A stretch of 64,000 bases of DNA from NCBI RefSeq assembly GCF_009914755.1, contig NC_060930.1; one strand, 5' to 3'. The translations under genes and the position numbers were made by a program. This document shows positions 27,271-44,414 of the stretch, in pieces. How positions within the stretch are numbered: the first letter of the stretch is position 1; each line of letters opens with the position of its first letter. The notes below the pieces were generated by a model. It ran no database searches and had not been told where the DNA came from. It saw only the letters and a program-made list of their open reading frames with translations. This stretch comes from the human T2T-CHM13v2.0 reference genome, Homo sapiens.

Positions 27271-30200
27271 CACTAGTTTTGATTAGGCTATTAGCACTGC
27301 AAAAAAAAAATAGCGTAAACCCAACACAAATATATCTCACTCTAGGATTAGTCTTCAGATAGGACATGTTTTTATTTTGTGGAATACCTATTGACTACTA
27401 ATTACATACCTGCCATACATGTAACAGCCTAAAAAAAAAGCAGTTAGAACTATATTTAGCAGCTAAGATAATTTCTTAAGCTAATAATTAACCTTAAAAA
27501 AAGATTTGAAGTCCTTTTAGATGAGCAAAATAATTGACACTTTGACTAATTTTACTTGAAAGAATCCATCTAAAATAAAAATTAGAAATAAATAATAAAT
27601 AAATCAGAAACAGGAGCTATTTTTCACAGTAATCTTATGCCTTTTCAAAATTAACCTAATACAAAATCCAGCATTATAGTATTATGTAAGCAAATTATAT
27701 ATATCATACATTAAAATGTTACAATGTCATTAAAATTATAATTGCAAACAATTTTCTATAAGAATATATTCCTTAAATTTAAAAAGCTGGATACAAAATG
27801 ATATCTCTTCTATATACAGAGAGAGAATGAGAGAGAAAATGTGAAAATACATCAGAATATGTAAATATATATTTTATATATATAATACATATCCAAAGAA
27901 AATATACCACATTCTAAATTTAATTATATATGATGATTTGTGTTATATTTAGATTTTCCTTTTTTTATATATTTTGGACTATTAACCAAAATAAATATGT
28001 ATTACTTTACAAGTTACTTTATAATTTCTCAAACCAGGGAAACTATGTTCTTTATTCATTAAATTTCAAGACCCAGTGTATTTATTGGAATTTCATAAAA
28101 TACATTTAAATTTCAAACTTTTTGGTCTTTACAGAGCAAGGATTTTGGTTTATTCAGCATTTTCCTGAGTAAACACATGCAAGTAAAAAGTCTCATTGGA
28201 CTATAACCAACAAGTGCTTATTTGAAGATCCCAGGGTTGATTTGTTAATTATAGACTTCCATTTAGTTTATGTATATAGCAGATATTTGAATTGGTACAC
28301 ACTTGAAGCACAGAGAGATTATGAACTAAAGCAAAATACAGTCCTATATGGATTTTAGCTGATGTCGCTTGAGAGTTCCACTGAGCCACATTCAACAGTA
28401 GTTACAGATTTAAAGATTTATCATTTTCTCATTTTAAGATGAATACCATTATCACTTAAAAGTCCCTTTTATTTCATTCATTAAACTCTATTAAAATCAT
28501 AGATTGTTCAGAAGCAATTTTTCTTTGAAATTCTTGATTTTGAAAGCATTTTTTATCATTGAGAAGACACAATTCCCTCCCCAGATTTGTGTCAGTTTCC
28601 CTCTAACTGGGACTCCTAGTAACTTTAAAAATTATTCCATGAGCAGCACACAAACAGTCCCCACCCAGGTGCATTATTTATTTTTTTCCTAAAGATCTAC
28701 AGTAAACATAAGACAAATGAAAAAAAAATCACTATCAAATTAAGTTCAGGTGACCTAGCCATTTTTAGCATAGAGTTATATTCCAGAACCTCAGGTTAGC
28801 AAAACTCACATAGGCAGTCGAATCTTTGCTTTTCAAATTTAGACACAAAAGAATCTCCAAAGCAATGGATGACATTTTATCATGTGATTCCCAATAATTA
28901 ATTTGTTATGGGCCCACATAAATAAAATAAATGCTGAGTGATACATTGACTTCTGTTATCGAAAGCATCTCCCTTCTCACTCCTGCCTCTCTGGCTCCTG
29001 ACATTATTTCTTGGTTATTGGTTGACAGTTCAGTGCCTTGAGTGTTGCTCTCGCTGTAGGGTTAGCAGGATAATTGACAAACCACAGGGATTGAATCCCT
29101 GGATTAGGATGACCGGACTGTCAAAACAACCATGACAAACTCTCACATCAACTTCGACTGCAAGTCAAAGCTGTGAGGGAAAAATTCACCTTGGCAGGGC
29201 CAGATGGGAAGTCTTTAGTTTAAAATATTTCCCACTACAAAATGTATTTCAGCAAGAAAGAGGAACAATATAAGAGTTTTTAAAGTACAATTCATAGAGA
29301 AATACTTCAATACAGTCCCTATTAATTAGAGCATTTATTATAAATAAACATCCCGGAGTCTTATTTCATTTACCTAATATGTCTTTTGAATTTCATAAAA
29401 CATATTTAACTTTTGTTAGAAAATTGACATATGTTTAGGAGAACTCTATCTGTATTGTTAGAATGTTTATGAAATATTATGTATGTATTGGTTATGTATG
29501 TACACAAAGGGAAGTGTGTTAAATATCCAGTTTTATGCTTTATGTATAATTTTGTTTAAAAATATATTGTAAATTTTAAGTCAAATTGATGCATAAATGT
29601 AATTCATATTAATAAGCAACATGCCACAAGTTGTGATTAGCAAATAGGGAGCTATATACATTGCCATCTCAAGCAACACAGTTAAAAAATATTTGAAAAA
29701 CTCTAAGTAAATTTGCTACTTTCAACATTGTCTCTAGACTTTCAGATTCCTATCATAGATCTTTGAAATGACAGCTCAAGTGACATCTGTTTATAATGCA
29801 GGCGTATTCTCTGTATGAAAACATAGATTGCAAACCGTTAAAGGGAAATTAAAATGCAAATACAAAAAAGAGTTATTTACTTAGTTCTGTGCCAGCTAAC
29901 ACATGGGATATGGACACCTAGGATTAGAAAGATCCAATTATTTTTAAAATATAAAACTTAAAGAACTTATTCATGCACCACTTGGGTCTTGGAATATGAT
30001 CAAAATAGTTTTGGAATAGTTAATCAGTATTTTTCCATCAGAGTCAAATTTTTCACAACATTGAAAAGAAAGAGCAAGAAGCAACAGTGAATATTATTTA
30101 CTGACAGACACTTCAGCTTAACAAATGCTGAAATGTTAAAAAACAAGGATTGGAATAAGAAAACGTTAAACTATCAATTTTTATCTTAGAAAACTGATAG

Positions 30201-31817
30201 TTTTTGAAAGTTTCATTAACATCTGTGAAGAAAAAAATAAAACAAAATGTTGTTAGCCTCAACAAATTCAGTCTTATTTTCCTAGTACTATGCGTCAAAA
30301 TATCATTCTGGGAAAAAAAACTGTAAATACTCTCATATTTTCATGCATATTTTGCTTGTTTAAACAAAGAGGATATAGATTTGGAAGAAATAATGCAAGT
30401 GGGATATTCCAAAGGATACAGGAAATTTTCAGAAGCTTACTATTATAAGATGATAAATGCCAATATAAAGAAAAAGAAATAATGAACAATCAGAAAAATT
30501 ATTTCACATGCTAAAGCAACTCATATATTCTTACATGTCAAAGTGATCTTGTCCACTGTTAGTTAAAAAGAAACGTATTGCATATAAATAAATTTAATCT
30601 TGATATCACCATGAATTAGGCAGGACAGGTATTAATGCCATTCCTTTAAAATTGAAAGGATAAATGATATCTCTATGCCACAGAGTCAGGACTTGAACCC
30701 ACCTTGAGAAACATGCTTAGCTCCTTTTCCTATAACATATTAAAGAATGTTCCCCCACACATGAAAGGAGAAATAACAGTCTTTTATATTGCTGTTTTTC
30801 TATTTGCAGTGATGGCTTTTGTTCCATATATGAGCCATATTAGAAACAGTAATTTACAGTAAATTATCAGAAAGCCAAATTCCCTCTATTCTACTTGGAA
30901 TAAAGGCATAAGTCACATTATTTGGTGGCAATAATAGTGAATTTAAAGAATATACCAAAAATTACTTATGGCTATAATCTTTGTAATGCACGTAAGAAAG
31001 CAATTACTATATCATTCCATTCTGCATACTGCTGCCTCCCATTTTACAGAGGAGCAATAGAAGCTTCAAACTTGTTCAAGATTATTCCAAGGTTACATAA
31101 TTAGAATGGGGATAAACCATGAGGAGCCTTCTTTCTATTAAATCAGTCTACTCATCTATGAAATTCACAACATTTTTCACCATTATCATGTTATCCCACA
31201 TTACCATTACCATACTAGTGGCTAAGATGGAGTTCAAAACGTTTAAGATATTGTGCTAATAGAGATCCTAGACTTTGATTTAGGTACTCCTCACTCTTGA
31301 GAGGACTGTATTTTAACTATTCAAGAATAATTAAGCAGTTGTTCAGCTTGTCACATTCTTGAGTACCCACTCATACTTACAGTGCACATTTGCTTCTTCC
31401 TAGCAAGTGCCTGAAACCAAGTAAATGTTCAACAAAGCTTACTTTTCCTTCTTTGCTTTTCTTAGTTATATTCTTGGAAAATTTTTTCTACATTATGAAA
31501 ATCTTAGTAAGAAAGACTTAGAAATTTAAAAATCATGAGTTACCAAAGAATATATCAAGTTGAAGTCAAGTTATACCAAAGCATAAAATCCATGATGACA
31601 TGGCTATTTTATTCTCTAGTTGGCAAAAAACTGATTCCATTAGAAGGAGGCTTTTGATGTCTGTGGATTGTCAATGAAATTGTCTATGCTGAGCAACACA
31701 GCCTTTTCAAAAAAAAGTACAAAACTTATAATTCAAAGTAACATATCATGAATATGGCACTAATGATGACAACAAAGAAATAATTCTAAATGGCTTAGAT
31801 AACAAAACAGGAACTTT

Positions 31818-31823
31818 TTTATT
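31818..31823 (-). terminator. Polyadenylation signal AATAAA
   Basis: tttatt on +; U-rich upstream element and GU-rich downstream element on the minus strand. Confidence 0.6.
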
Positions 31824-31832
31824 TTGCTACAG

Positions 31833-31881
<49 letters not shown>
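31833..31881 (+). repeat. A49 mononucleotide tract (U49 in the minus-strand transcript)
   Basis: Directly visible; no adjoining Alu/L1 body or TSD. Confidence 0.95.
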
Positions 31882-31886
<5 letters not shown>

Positions 31887-32294
31887 TTCACCTACTTATC
31901 TGTCCCTGATCCTGAACTGCAATACTTTCAGGAGGAGAAAAGATTGGAAAGGGGAAGAAACCTGTTGTAGAAAACGATCAAACAATAGAGGTACAAGGAT
32001 ATCCATAAAAAGAGAGAAAATAGAAAATAATTGCAGATTTAAATCTACAAAAGGACCCTGAAGAACAAGATCGATCCTTAAAGTTGAAATAACAAAAATT
32101 GAAAGTGATCGAATAACTCCTATACATTCAGCATTTGTAACAAATATTGACCTGGTAGGATCCAGGCATCTGGATTTGTTTCTTAGCACCTCCCCGGGAA
32201 GGCTGGAAAGAAAACACGGAGAAATAGAACTCCAGTATGGCGGAAAATGCAGGCATTCAAGGGAGAGTTGTGAGAATGGCCCACGTCATCGCCA

Positions 32295-32352
32295 TCACCT
32301 CTCCTCTTCTTCATTTCTACTGCCTGTTCTTTCGACTTCCTCCAGTGAAGTG
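32295..32352 (-). CDS. Probable last coding segment, phase 2: (x)TSLEEVERTGSRNEEEER*; protein not recognised
   Basis: Protein-like acidic frame straight after the acceptor, TGA at 32297-32295. The other frames give HFTGGSRKNRQ* or a 56-aa tail, so the frame choice is inference. Confidence 0.45.
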
Positions 32353-34078
32353 CTAAAGAAAGGGAAGAGGAAAGGGGTGAGGGTGGGACAGGTAAAGATG
32401 GAATGTGAAACTACAGGAGCACTTAGAATAATTGGCTTCTCATAGTCCTACAGAGAATTTATACACTGTAAACTTGTATATCATATTTAGATAAATATAC
32501 ACTTATATACATATATGAACACATATATGTATTACACACATGCATGTCCCTTTTAGTTAGAGAAAATATTTCACTCAAATATTACCATTAACACTTATGG
32601 ATACATGTACCCTTGGGTGCAAAACAAATGTTACCAAGGCAGTTATACATATAACACATTAGAATTTCTCAAGTTGATTTTGTGTGTGTATTTTCAAAAG
32701 AGTCCTAGGCAAAAATTCAAATAAGCTTCAACTTTTACAGCCTGGGAACCAATATAGAGTCAGAAAGTTAGCTCTAAAATGCCTGAGGGGGCAAATAGTT
32801 GTTTAATGAGGACAAATGGAATAAAATTAAAATGCAGCCTAATAAAATAACCTCTAAATGTAATGTTAGCTCAGTCATGTGTCTCCAATAATATTTTTGC
32901 TCAAAGGTACATGAACGTAATCTTAGCAAAATAAAAATATAAAATGAAAGAGAAGAAGAACAGCAGAGAATCCGTAGCCATCACGATATAGAAATAAGGA
33001 GAGGGTAGAAACATATAAATAAGATTATAAAAATAAGATTTTTATTATGCTGTCTCCTCCACCCCACAATAAAAGTTTCTCATGAAAACTCATGATGCTT
33101 AAGATCTAGAAGGGGTCTGGGTATAAGCCTCAGATGGGAAGACTGTAACTCTCATTTGCGAAGAGAGCTTCAATACAGAATTTTTTTAATGGTTCGTTAG
33201 CTTCAAGCTTATTAAAATTCTAAAGACCAAGTCCCTACAATTATTATTTGATTTTAATTAGTTGAGATATGCACAGACTAGGCCCCAGTAGTCTTTAAAT
33301 GTCACTGAGTTTCCCAGAAGGCCAAGAGTCTCTCACCATCTTCCAGTTCAGTCTAAACTGGCCGCTGGCAAACCAAGAAAAAGCCCAGAAAAATCAAAGA
33401 ATTCAAGAAACCCTGGTCACTCACATTAATCAACATTTAGACCTGTTAAGTATCTCTTTAACTCATATTACCTAATTACTTTTAAAGAAAGACATGCTAA
33501 TAGCTCCATAAATAGTCATTACAATATGGGACGTGTGGTCTGGGGGCTAAGCCCAGCCTCTCTGCCATAGTCAATTGATGAGACAATCTACAGAGAAAAG
33601 CCCATGTCTTTCTTTAACTCTCAGCCCGTATATTAGCCTGGGTCTTTCAACGCACACTGAAAAGACTTCATGAGACCAGGGCTGACATGTCTTGCCTGTT
33701 CAACACATCCATTACACATCCATGCCGTAACCCAGTGGTGCTGATGCTGTAGTCCTGTTTGATGGTGCAGTCCTGGGATAGTGTCCAGGCCCTCTCCTAG
33801 ATCTACCAGGTATAGCTTCTCCTCCTAGCAACTTTTGCCTATTAATACCAAAGCTATTTCCTGACCACAGAAGATAGCACATATGTAATACACTTCTCTG
33901 AGATGTATGTGTGAACCCAGCATTGAACAGTTTCCTATTGTGTTACCCAAACCCCAAGTAGCCACTCACCAATATGAATGAAATTAGACTTTATATGTTC
34001 ACCTGGATAGATTTCAAAATTATTTTCAAGCAAATAAACAAATCACCATGGTATAATTACATATATAAAAATGAATCA

Positions 34079-34479
<401 letters not shown>

Positions 34480-34741
34480 ATTTCTTCTGGGGAAGATGGA
34501 GTTACTTTTCCCTATTCCTCTTGCTAAGTACAACTGAAAACCTTTGGCATTGCAGGTAAGGGAATATAAGGCAAACATAAGACGACTCTCAATGAGAAAG
34601 AGAAAAAGGCAGACTAGCTAGGGACTTCAGGACCCCAAAATAGACAACGTGGTAAGATCTATGTGTTTTCTATTCACCTCATATATTCCAAACATGGTGC
34701 TGAAGATGCTGGCAACTTAGAAATGCCAAATAATGCAGACC

Positions 34742-34773
<32 letters not shown>

Positions 34774-37056
34774 CCAGAAAAAGCATGCTCTCCATAGCCA
34801 AAGGACCAGAAATGGGGCAGCCTAGCATAAGAGAAAACATTATCTCATAAACCACTGTACTGTATCTGAACACCATGGAAGAAAATCTAAATTTGTTCCC
34901 ACTTGTGCCAGCAAAGGCTAAATGGAGAGCCTAGGGTATAATGAAATATACAAATTCCCTCCATCTACCACCCGAAACCCAACCCCAACAGTGTGATGGT
35001 ATCAGGGAAGACTGAGTAGAAAGCCAGGACTTTCATCCATGCTGAGCCACAAAGAGGCTCCTCACCTCAGAGTTTCAGTGGAGACCAAGTGGGGATTCTG
35101 GAGTTTACCCTCCATCTGATAATAATTAGGCACCCACCCTCACTGTTGGAGTGGTGTGAAAAGAGGCCTAGTAAAAGGTCAAGATTTCACCACTACTCAG
35201 CACTAACAAAGCTAACCTCTGTAGTATCAGCAGAACCACATGGTGAGTAATAAGAGACAATCCTATCCCGCTCAGCTCAGAGGTAACAGTGGAGGCCTAG
35301 TGGGCAGTCAAAACTCTTCATCTGAGCCTGGAGTCAAAGGGGGCCAAGTGGGAAAATTGGACTTCCATTCCTAAATGGCTGTAATGAGGTCACACCTTCC
35401 ACCCTTACCTTGCCAGAATACTGTCAGTAGAAGCAAGCTAAAACAGTCAATTTAAATAAGATCCGGAGTCTTATTATACAACCTCTTTGTTTCACACAAA
35501 AGTCTTATCATATAAGGACTTTGTTTCAAACAAAAGCCACTTCTCATTCCAAGAACCAAGAAGATCTTATTTTGAATGAAAAAGACAATCACTAGATGCC
35601 AAAACCAGTATGACAGAGGCATAAAAATTATTGGACAAAGATTTTAAGCAACCATTATACGAATTCTTTAACAAGCAATTACTCATATAAATGAAACAAA
35701 TGGGTAAAAAGAAAGTCTTATACAAACAAAAAGAAGTTATAAAGAATTAGATGGAAATTATGGAACTGAAAAATACAACATAATTTTTTTAAAAAAAGAA
35801 TGGATTCTGCTTAACAGAGGAATGGCGCTGGAAGAGAAAATAATTAGTGATCTTAAAGACAGAACAATGAAAATTACCCAATCTGAACAACAGAGAGGAA
35901 ACAGACTTTTTAAAAATAGAACAAAAGGAATAGGGCCTCTGGCACCTATGGAATTATAACAAAAGATTTAACATTTATGTCATATGGAGTACAAAAGAGG
36001 GCAAGAAGACAGGGGGAGAAGTACTTGAAGGAATAATGACTGTAAACCTCCAAAATTTGACAGAAGTCATAAACCTACAGACTGAGCAATCCTCCAACAA
36101 AATAAGCCCCCCAAAAAACCATACCAAGACACATCTTAGTCAAAATTCTCGAAACTAAAGACAAAAGAAAATAATCTTGAAAGCAGCAAGAGAAAAATGA
36201 CACTTTAACTTTAGGTGAAAAGCTACTTAAATGGCAGTGGATTTCTAATTAGATATCATGAAGTCCAGAGGAAGTGAAACAATATTTTTAAATGCTGAAA
36301 GAAAAGAATTGTGAACTAAAATTTTATTATCTGAAAAGAATATCTGTCAGGAATGAAGCTAAATTAAGTCATACTCAGATGAAGGAAAAAAAACACCCTA
36401 ATAGAAGTTCTCTAAGCAGAAAGAAAATGATAAAATCTTGGAGCATTAGAAAGGAAATAAGAACAATCAAAAGAGTAAAAATGTAATACATTTTATTTCT
36501 CCTCTTAAGTTTTGTACAATAGATTTAACGGTTAAACATATAACACTATCTGTTGTGACTTTAAATTATATAGGTAAAATATTTAAAGCACATTGTAAAC
36601 AGGATAAGGTAAAGAAGAGTAAAAGATGGTAATGTTTCTAAACTTCAGTGGAAGTGGTGAAATGTCTATTCAAGTAGACTGTGGTAAGTTATGTACATTT
36701 AGTGTAATACCTAGAGCAAACAAATAAACTGAAACACTATAGATAAATCAAAATGGTATTCTAACAAATGTTCAAGCATACCACAGGAAGGCAGGAAAGT
36801 AAAAATAGAGAAAAGAAAAACAGATGAAACAAACAGAAAACAAAAAATAGAATGACAGATCTAAGTTCCAACATATTGACAACTATATTAAATGTAAATG
36901 ATCTGAATATATTGACTAAAAGAGTGAATTTAAAAATATGACCCAACTGTGTGCAGTACATAAAATGTATACTTAAAGTAAAATGATACGGGTAGTTTGA
37001 AAGTAAAATAATAGAAAAATAAATATGCAAACATTAATCAAATAAAACAGCCAGTT

Positions 37057-37382
37057 GGCTGGTGGGGGGGGTCACACCTATAATCCTAGCACTTTGGGTT
37101 TTGGGAGGCCAAAACAGGAGGATCACTTGAGGCCAGGAGGTCGTGACCAGCCTTGGCAAATAGCAAGATCCTGTTTCTACAAAAAAATAAGAAAAAAAAT
37201 TAGCCAGGCATGGTGGTACCTACCCATAGCCCTAGCTACTTAGGAGATTGAGGTGAGAGAATCACTTGAGCCCAGGAGTTTCAAGTAACAGTAAGCTATG
37301 GTCATGCCACTGCACTCTAGCCTGAGCTATAGAGCAAGACTCTGTCTCTAAAAGATAAATTAATTAAATAGAATAAGTAAAA
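37057..37382 (+). mobile_element. AluJ inside the L1MD ORF2
   Basis: ggaggatcacttgaggccaggag, ttgagcccaggagtt, gctatggtcatgccactgcactc. Confidence 0.9.
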
Positions 37383-37393
37383 TAGGAGTGGCT

Positions 37394-37779
37394 TCTCCAT
37401 AACAAAGAATTATATGACCCATAATATTTATAGTGACAAGACTAAAAAACCTAGAACAACTAAAAAAAATTGAGTATGGACTATATTGTACCAATGTTGA
37501 ATATCCTGAATTTGATAATTTCCTGTGACTTCGTAAAAGAATGTAGTTGTTTCCAGAAAATACATATTAAAGTACTTAAGATTAAAGGAGTATGTCTCAA
37601 CTTATCCACAAATGATTGGGAAAAAAAATACATATACATTTAGAAAGAATGAATAAATGATAATGCAATGGGGCAAAATGAAAACAAGTGAAAAATCTGA
37701 GTAAGGGAATACATATATTTTTATTATTTTTGTAATGTGAAATTATGTCAAAATACAAATTTAAATGAGAAAATATATA
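37394..37779 (+). mobile_element. L1MC-type 3' fragment preceded by a MER20-like terminus, inserted in the L1MD ORF2
   Basis: acaaagaattatatgacccataat...aaaaaacctag then L1MC-like 3'UTR; agtggct repeated at 37387 and 37780, where the host ORF2 resumes. Confidence 0.55.
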
Positions 37780-38520
37780 AGTGGCTATATAAACATCAGA
37801 AGAAAATAAGATTCAAAGCAAAAAATGTCAGACATAGAGAGGGGCATTACATAATGATAAAGGGTCAATTCACCAAGAAAACAAAGCCATTCCAATATAC
37901 ATGCTCCAAAAAACAGAGCTGCAATAAATATGAAGCAAAAACAGATAAAAGTCAAATGAGAAACAGAAAAATTCACAATTTTACTTGGAGACTTTAACAT
38001 CCCATTCTGAACAATTGATAACAGCAGTTAAGATAGAATATCAGCAAGGACATAGACCTTAACAACACTGAACAATAGGATCTAATCAATAGTTATAGAA
38101 CAGTACACCCAACAATAGCAGAATACACATTGTTTTCCCATTAATTGTGTGCTATAATAGTCCATATTCTAGGCCATAAAATAAACCTAAATACAGTTAA
38201 AGCAATTAAATTCATATGGAATGTACTCTCTGATCATAGGAGAATCAAACTAAAAATCAACAACACAAAAACAGGAAATATCTCTAAGAACTTGGTTGCT
38301 AAACAACATGCTTCTAAATAACCCATAGGTAAAACAGAAGGCCTAACTGAAAATCAAAAAATACACTGAGCTGAATAAAAATAAAAATACAACGTAGCAA
38401 AATGAGTGAGATACAATCAAAGCAATGCTGACAGTGAAATCTACAGCACTAAATGTTTATTTAAGAGCAAAGGAAAAGTCTCAAATCAATAATCTAAGCT
38501 CCCATCTTAAGAACCTAGAA

Positions 38521-39536
38521 GGGGGGTGGAGCAAAGATGGCTGAATAGGAACAGCTCCAGTCTACAGCTCCCAGCATGAGCGACGCAGAAGATGGGTGAT
38601 ATCTGCATTTCCAACTGAGGTACCAGATTCATCTCACTGGAGAGTGCCGGACAGTGGAGGCAGGACAGTGGGTGCAGCGCACCATGCGTGAGCTGAAGCA
38701 GGGTGAGGCAGAAGCGCAAGGGGTTAGAGAATTCCCTTTCCTAGTCAAAGAAAGGGGTGACAGATGGCACCTGGAAAATCAGGTCACTCCCACCCTAATA
38801 CTGCACTTTTCCAACAGACTTAACAAACGGCACACCAGGAGATTATATCCCACACCTGGCTCGGAGGGTCCTATGCCCATGGAGCCTCGCTCATTGCTAG
38901 CACAGAAGTCTGAGATCAAACTGCCAGGTGGCAGCAAGGCTGGGAGAAGGGCGCCCACCATTGCCCAAGCTTGAGTAGATAAACAAAGCAGCTGGGAAGC
39001 TCAATCTGGGTGGAGCCCACCACAGCTCAAGGAGGCCTGCCTGCCTCTGTAGGCTTCACCTCTTGGGGCAGGACACAGACAAACAAAAGACAGCAATAAC
39101 CTCTGCAGACTTAAATGTCCCTGTCTAACAGCTTTGAAGAGAGTAGTGGTTCTCCCAGGACACAGCTTGAGATCTGAGAATGGGCAGACTGCCTCTTAAA
39201 GTGGGTGCCTGACCCCCGAGTAGCCTAACTGGGAGGCAGCCTCCAGTAGGGTCGGACTGACACCTCACATGGCTGGGTACTCCTCTGAGACAAAACTTCC
39301 AGAGGAATGATCAGGCAGCAGCATATGCGGTTCACCAATATCTGCTGTTCTGCAGTCACAGCTACTGATACTCAGGCAAACAGGGTCTGGAGTGGGCCTC
39401 CAGTAAACTCCAACAGACCTGCAGCGGAGGGTCCTGACTGTCAGAAGGAAAACTAACAAACAGAAAGGACATCCACACCAAAAACCCATCTGTATGTCAC
39501 CATCATCAAAGACCAAACAAGGATAAAACCACAAAG
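38521..39536. promoter_or_regulatory. L1 5'UTR: internal sense promoter, antisense promoter, YY1 site
   Basis: aagatggc YY1-type motif near 38534; complete 5'UTR including the ~129-bp segment at about 39281-39410. Confidence 0.75.
38779..38961 (-). CDS. ORF0: L1 ORF0 (antisense), truncated at 60 aa by a CGA->TGA-type stop
   Basis: MVGALLPALLPPGSLISDFCASNERGSMGIGPSEPGVGY... aligns with primate L1 ORF0 (MAGAPPPASLPPCSLISDCCASN...); donors ccag|gtgtgg at +106 and ccag|gtgcca at +191 are retained. Confidence 0.8.
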   Translation of the reverse strand: MVGALLPALLPPGSLISDFCASNERGSMGIGPSEPGVGYNLLVCRLLSLLEKCSIRVGVT

Positions 39537-40536
39537 ATAGGGAAAAAACAGAGCAGAAAAACCGGAAACTGTAAATATCAGAGCACCTCTCCTCCTCCAG
39601 AGGAACACAGCTCCTCACCAGCAACAGGACAAAGCTGGATGGAGAATGACTTCAACGAGTTGAGAGAAGGCTTCAGAAGATCAAACTACTCCGAGCTAAA
39701 GGAGGAAGTTCGAACCAATGGCAAAGAAGTTAAAAACGTTGAAAAAAAATTAGACAAATGGATAAAGAGAGAAGTCCTTAAAGGACCTGATGGAGCTGAA
39801 AACCACCGCATGAGAACTATGTGACAAATGCACAAGCCTCAGTAATCGATGTGATCAACTGGAAGAAAGGGTATCAGCAATGGAAGATGAAATGAATGAA
39901 ATGAAGCATGAAGAGAAGTTTAGAGGGAAAAGAATAAAAAGAAATGAACAAAGCCTCCAAGAACTATGGGACTATGTGAAAAGACCACATCTACATCTGA
40001 TTGATGTACCTGAAAGTGATGGGGAGAATGGAACCAAGTTGGAAAACACTTTGCAGGATATTATCCAGGAGAACTTCCCCAATCTAGCAAGACAGGCCAA
40101 CATTCAAATTCAGGAAATGCAGAGAAAGCCACAAAGATACTCCTCGAGAAGAGCAACTCCAAGACACATAATTGTCAGATTCACCAAAGTTGAAATGAAG
40201 GAAAAAATGTTAAGGGCAGCCAGAGACAAAGGCCAGGTTACCCACAAAGGGAAGCCCATCAGACTAACAGCTGATCTCTTGGCAGAAACTCTACAAGCCA
40301 GAAGAGAGTGGGGGCCAATATTCAACATTCTTAAAGAAAAGAATTTTCAACCCAGAATTTCATATCCAGCCAAACTACGCTTCACAAGTGAAGGAGAAAT
40401 AAAATCCTTTACAGACAAGCAAATGCTGAGAGATTTTGTCACCACCAGGCCTGCCCTAAAACAGCTCCTGAAAGAAGCACTAAACATGGAAAGGAACAAC
40501 CGGTACCCGCCACTGCAAAAACATGCCAAATTGTAA
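39537..40536 (+). pseudogene. L1 ORF1p, disrupted
   Basis: Start ATG changed to ATA; frameshifts in the coiled-coil region; the C-terminal 218 aa (39880-40536) are open and end LQKHAKL. Confidence 0.92.
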
Positions 40537-40599
40537 AAACCATCAAGGCTAGGAAGAAACTGCATCAACTAATGAGCAAAATAACCAGCTAACATCATA

Positions 40600-44414
<3,815 letters not shown>

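Larger units (their letters stand above)
31795..32352 (-). other. Putative 3'-terminal exon of an unidentified minus-strand gene
   Basis: Minus-strand acceptor ccctcacccctttcctcttccctttctttag|cac with a yUnAy branch point (ctcac) about 26 nt upstream; no recognisable repeat; 9 CpGs in about 360 nt; AATAAA at 31823-31818 followed by GU-rich tttctttgttgtc. Confidence 0.7.

Noticed and set aside
31833-32350. Processed pseudogene suggested by the long poly(A)
   Set aside because: The A tract is on the wrong side and strand for the exon-like sequence, there is no TSD, and an intact splice acceptor is present.
31896-32445. ORFs 31896-32189(-) and 32176-32445(+)
   Set aside because: Non-ATG starts; they overlap the inferred 3'UTR and the antisense of the exon; not protein-like.
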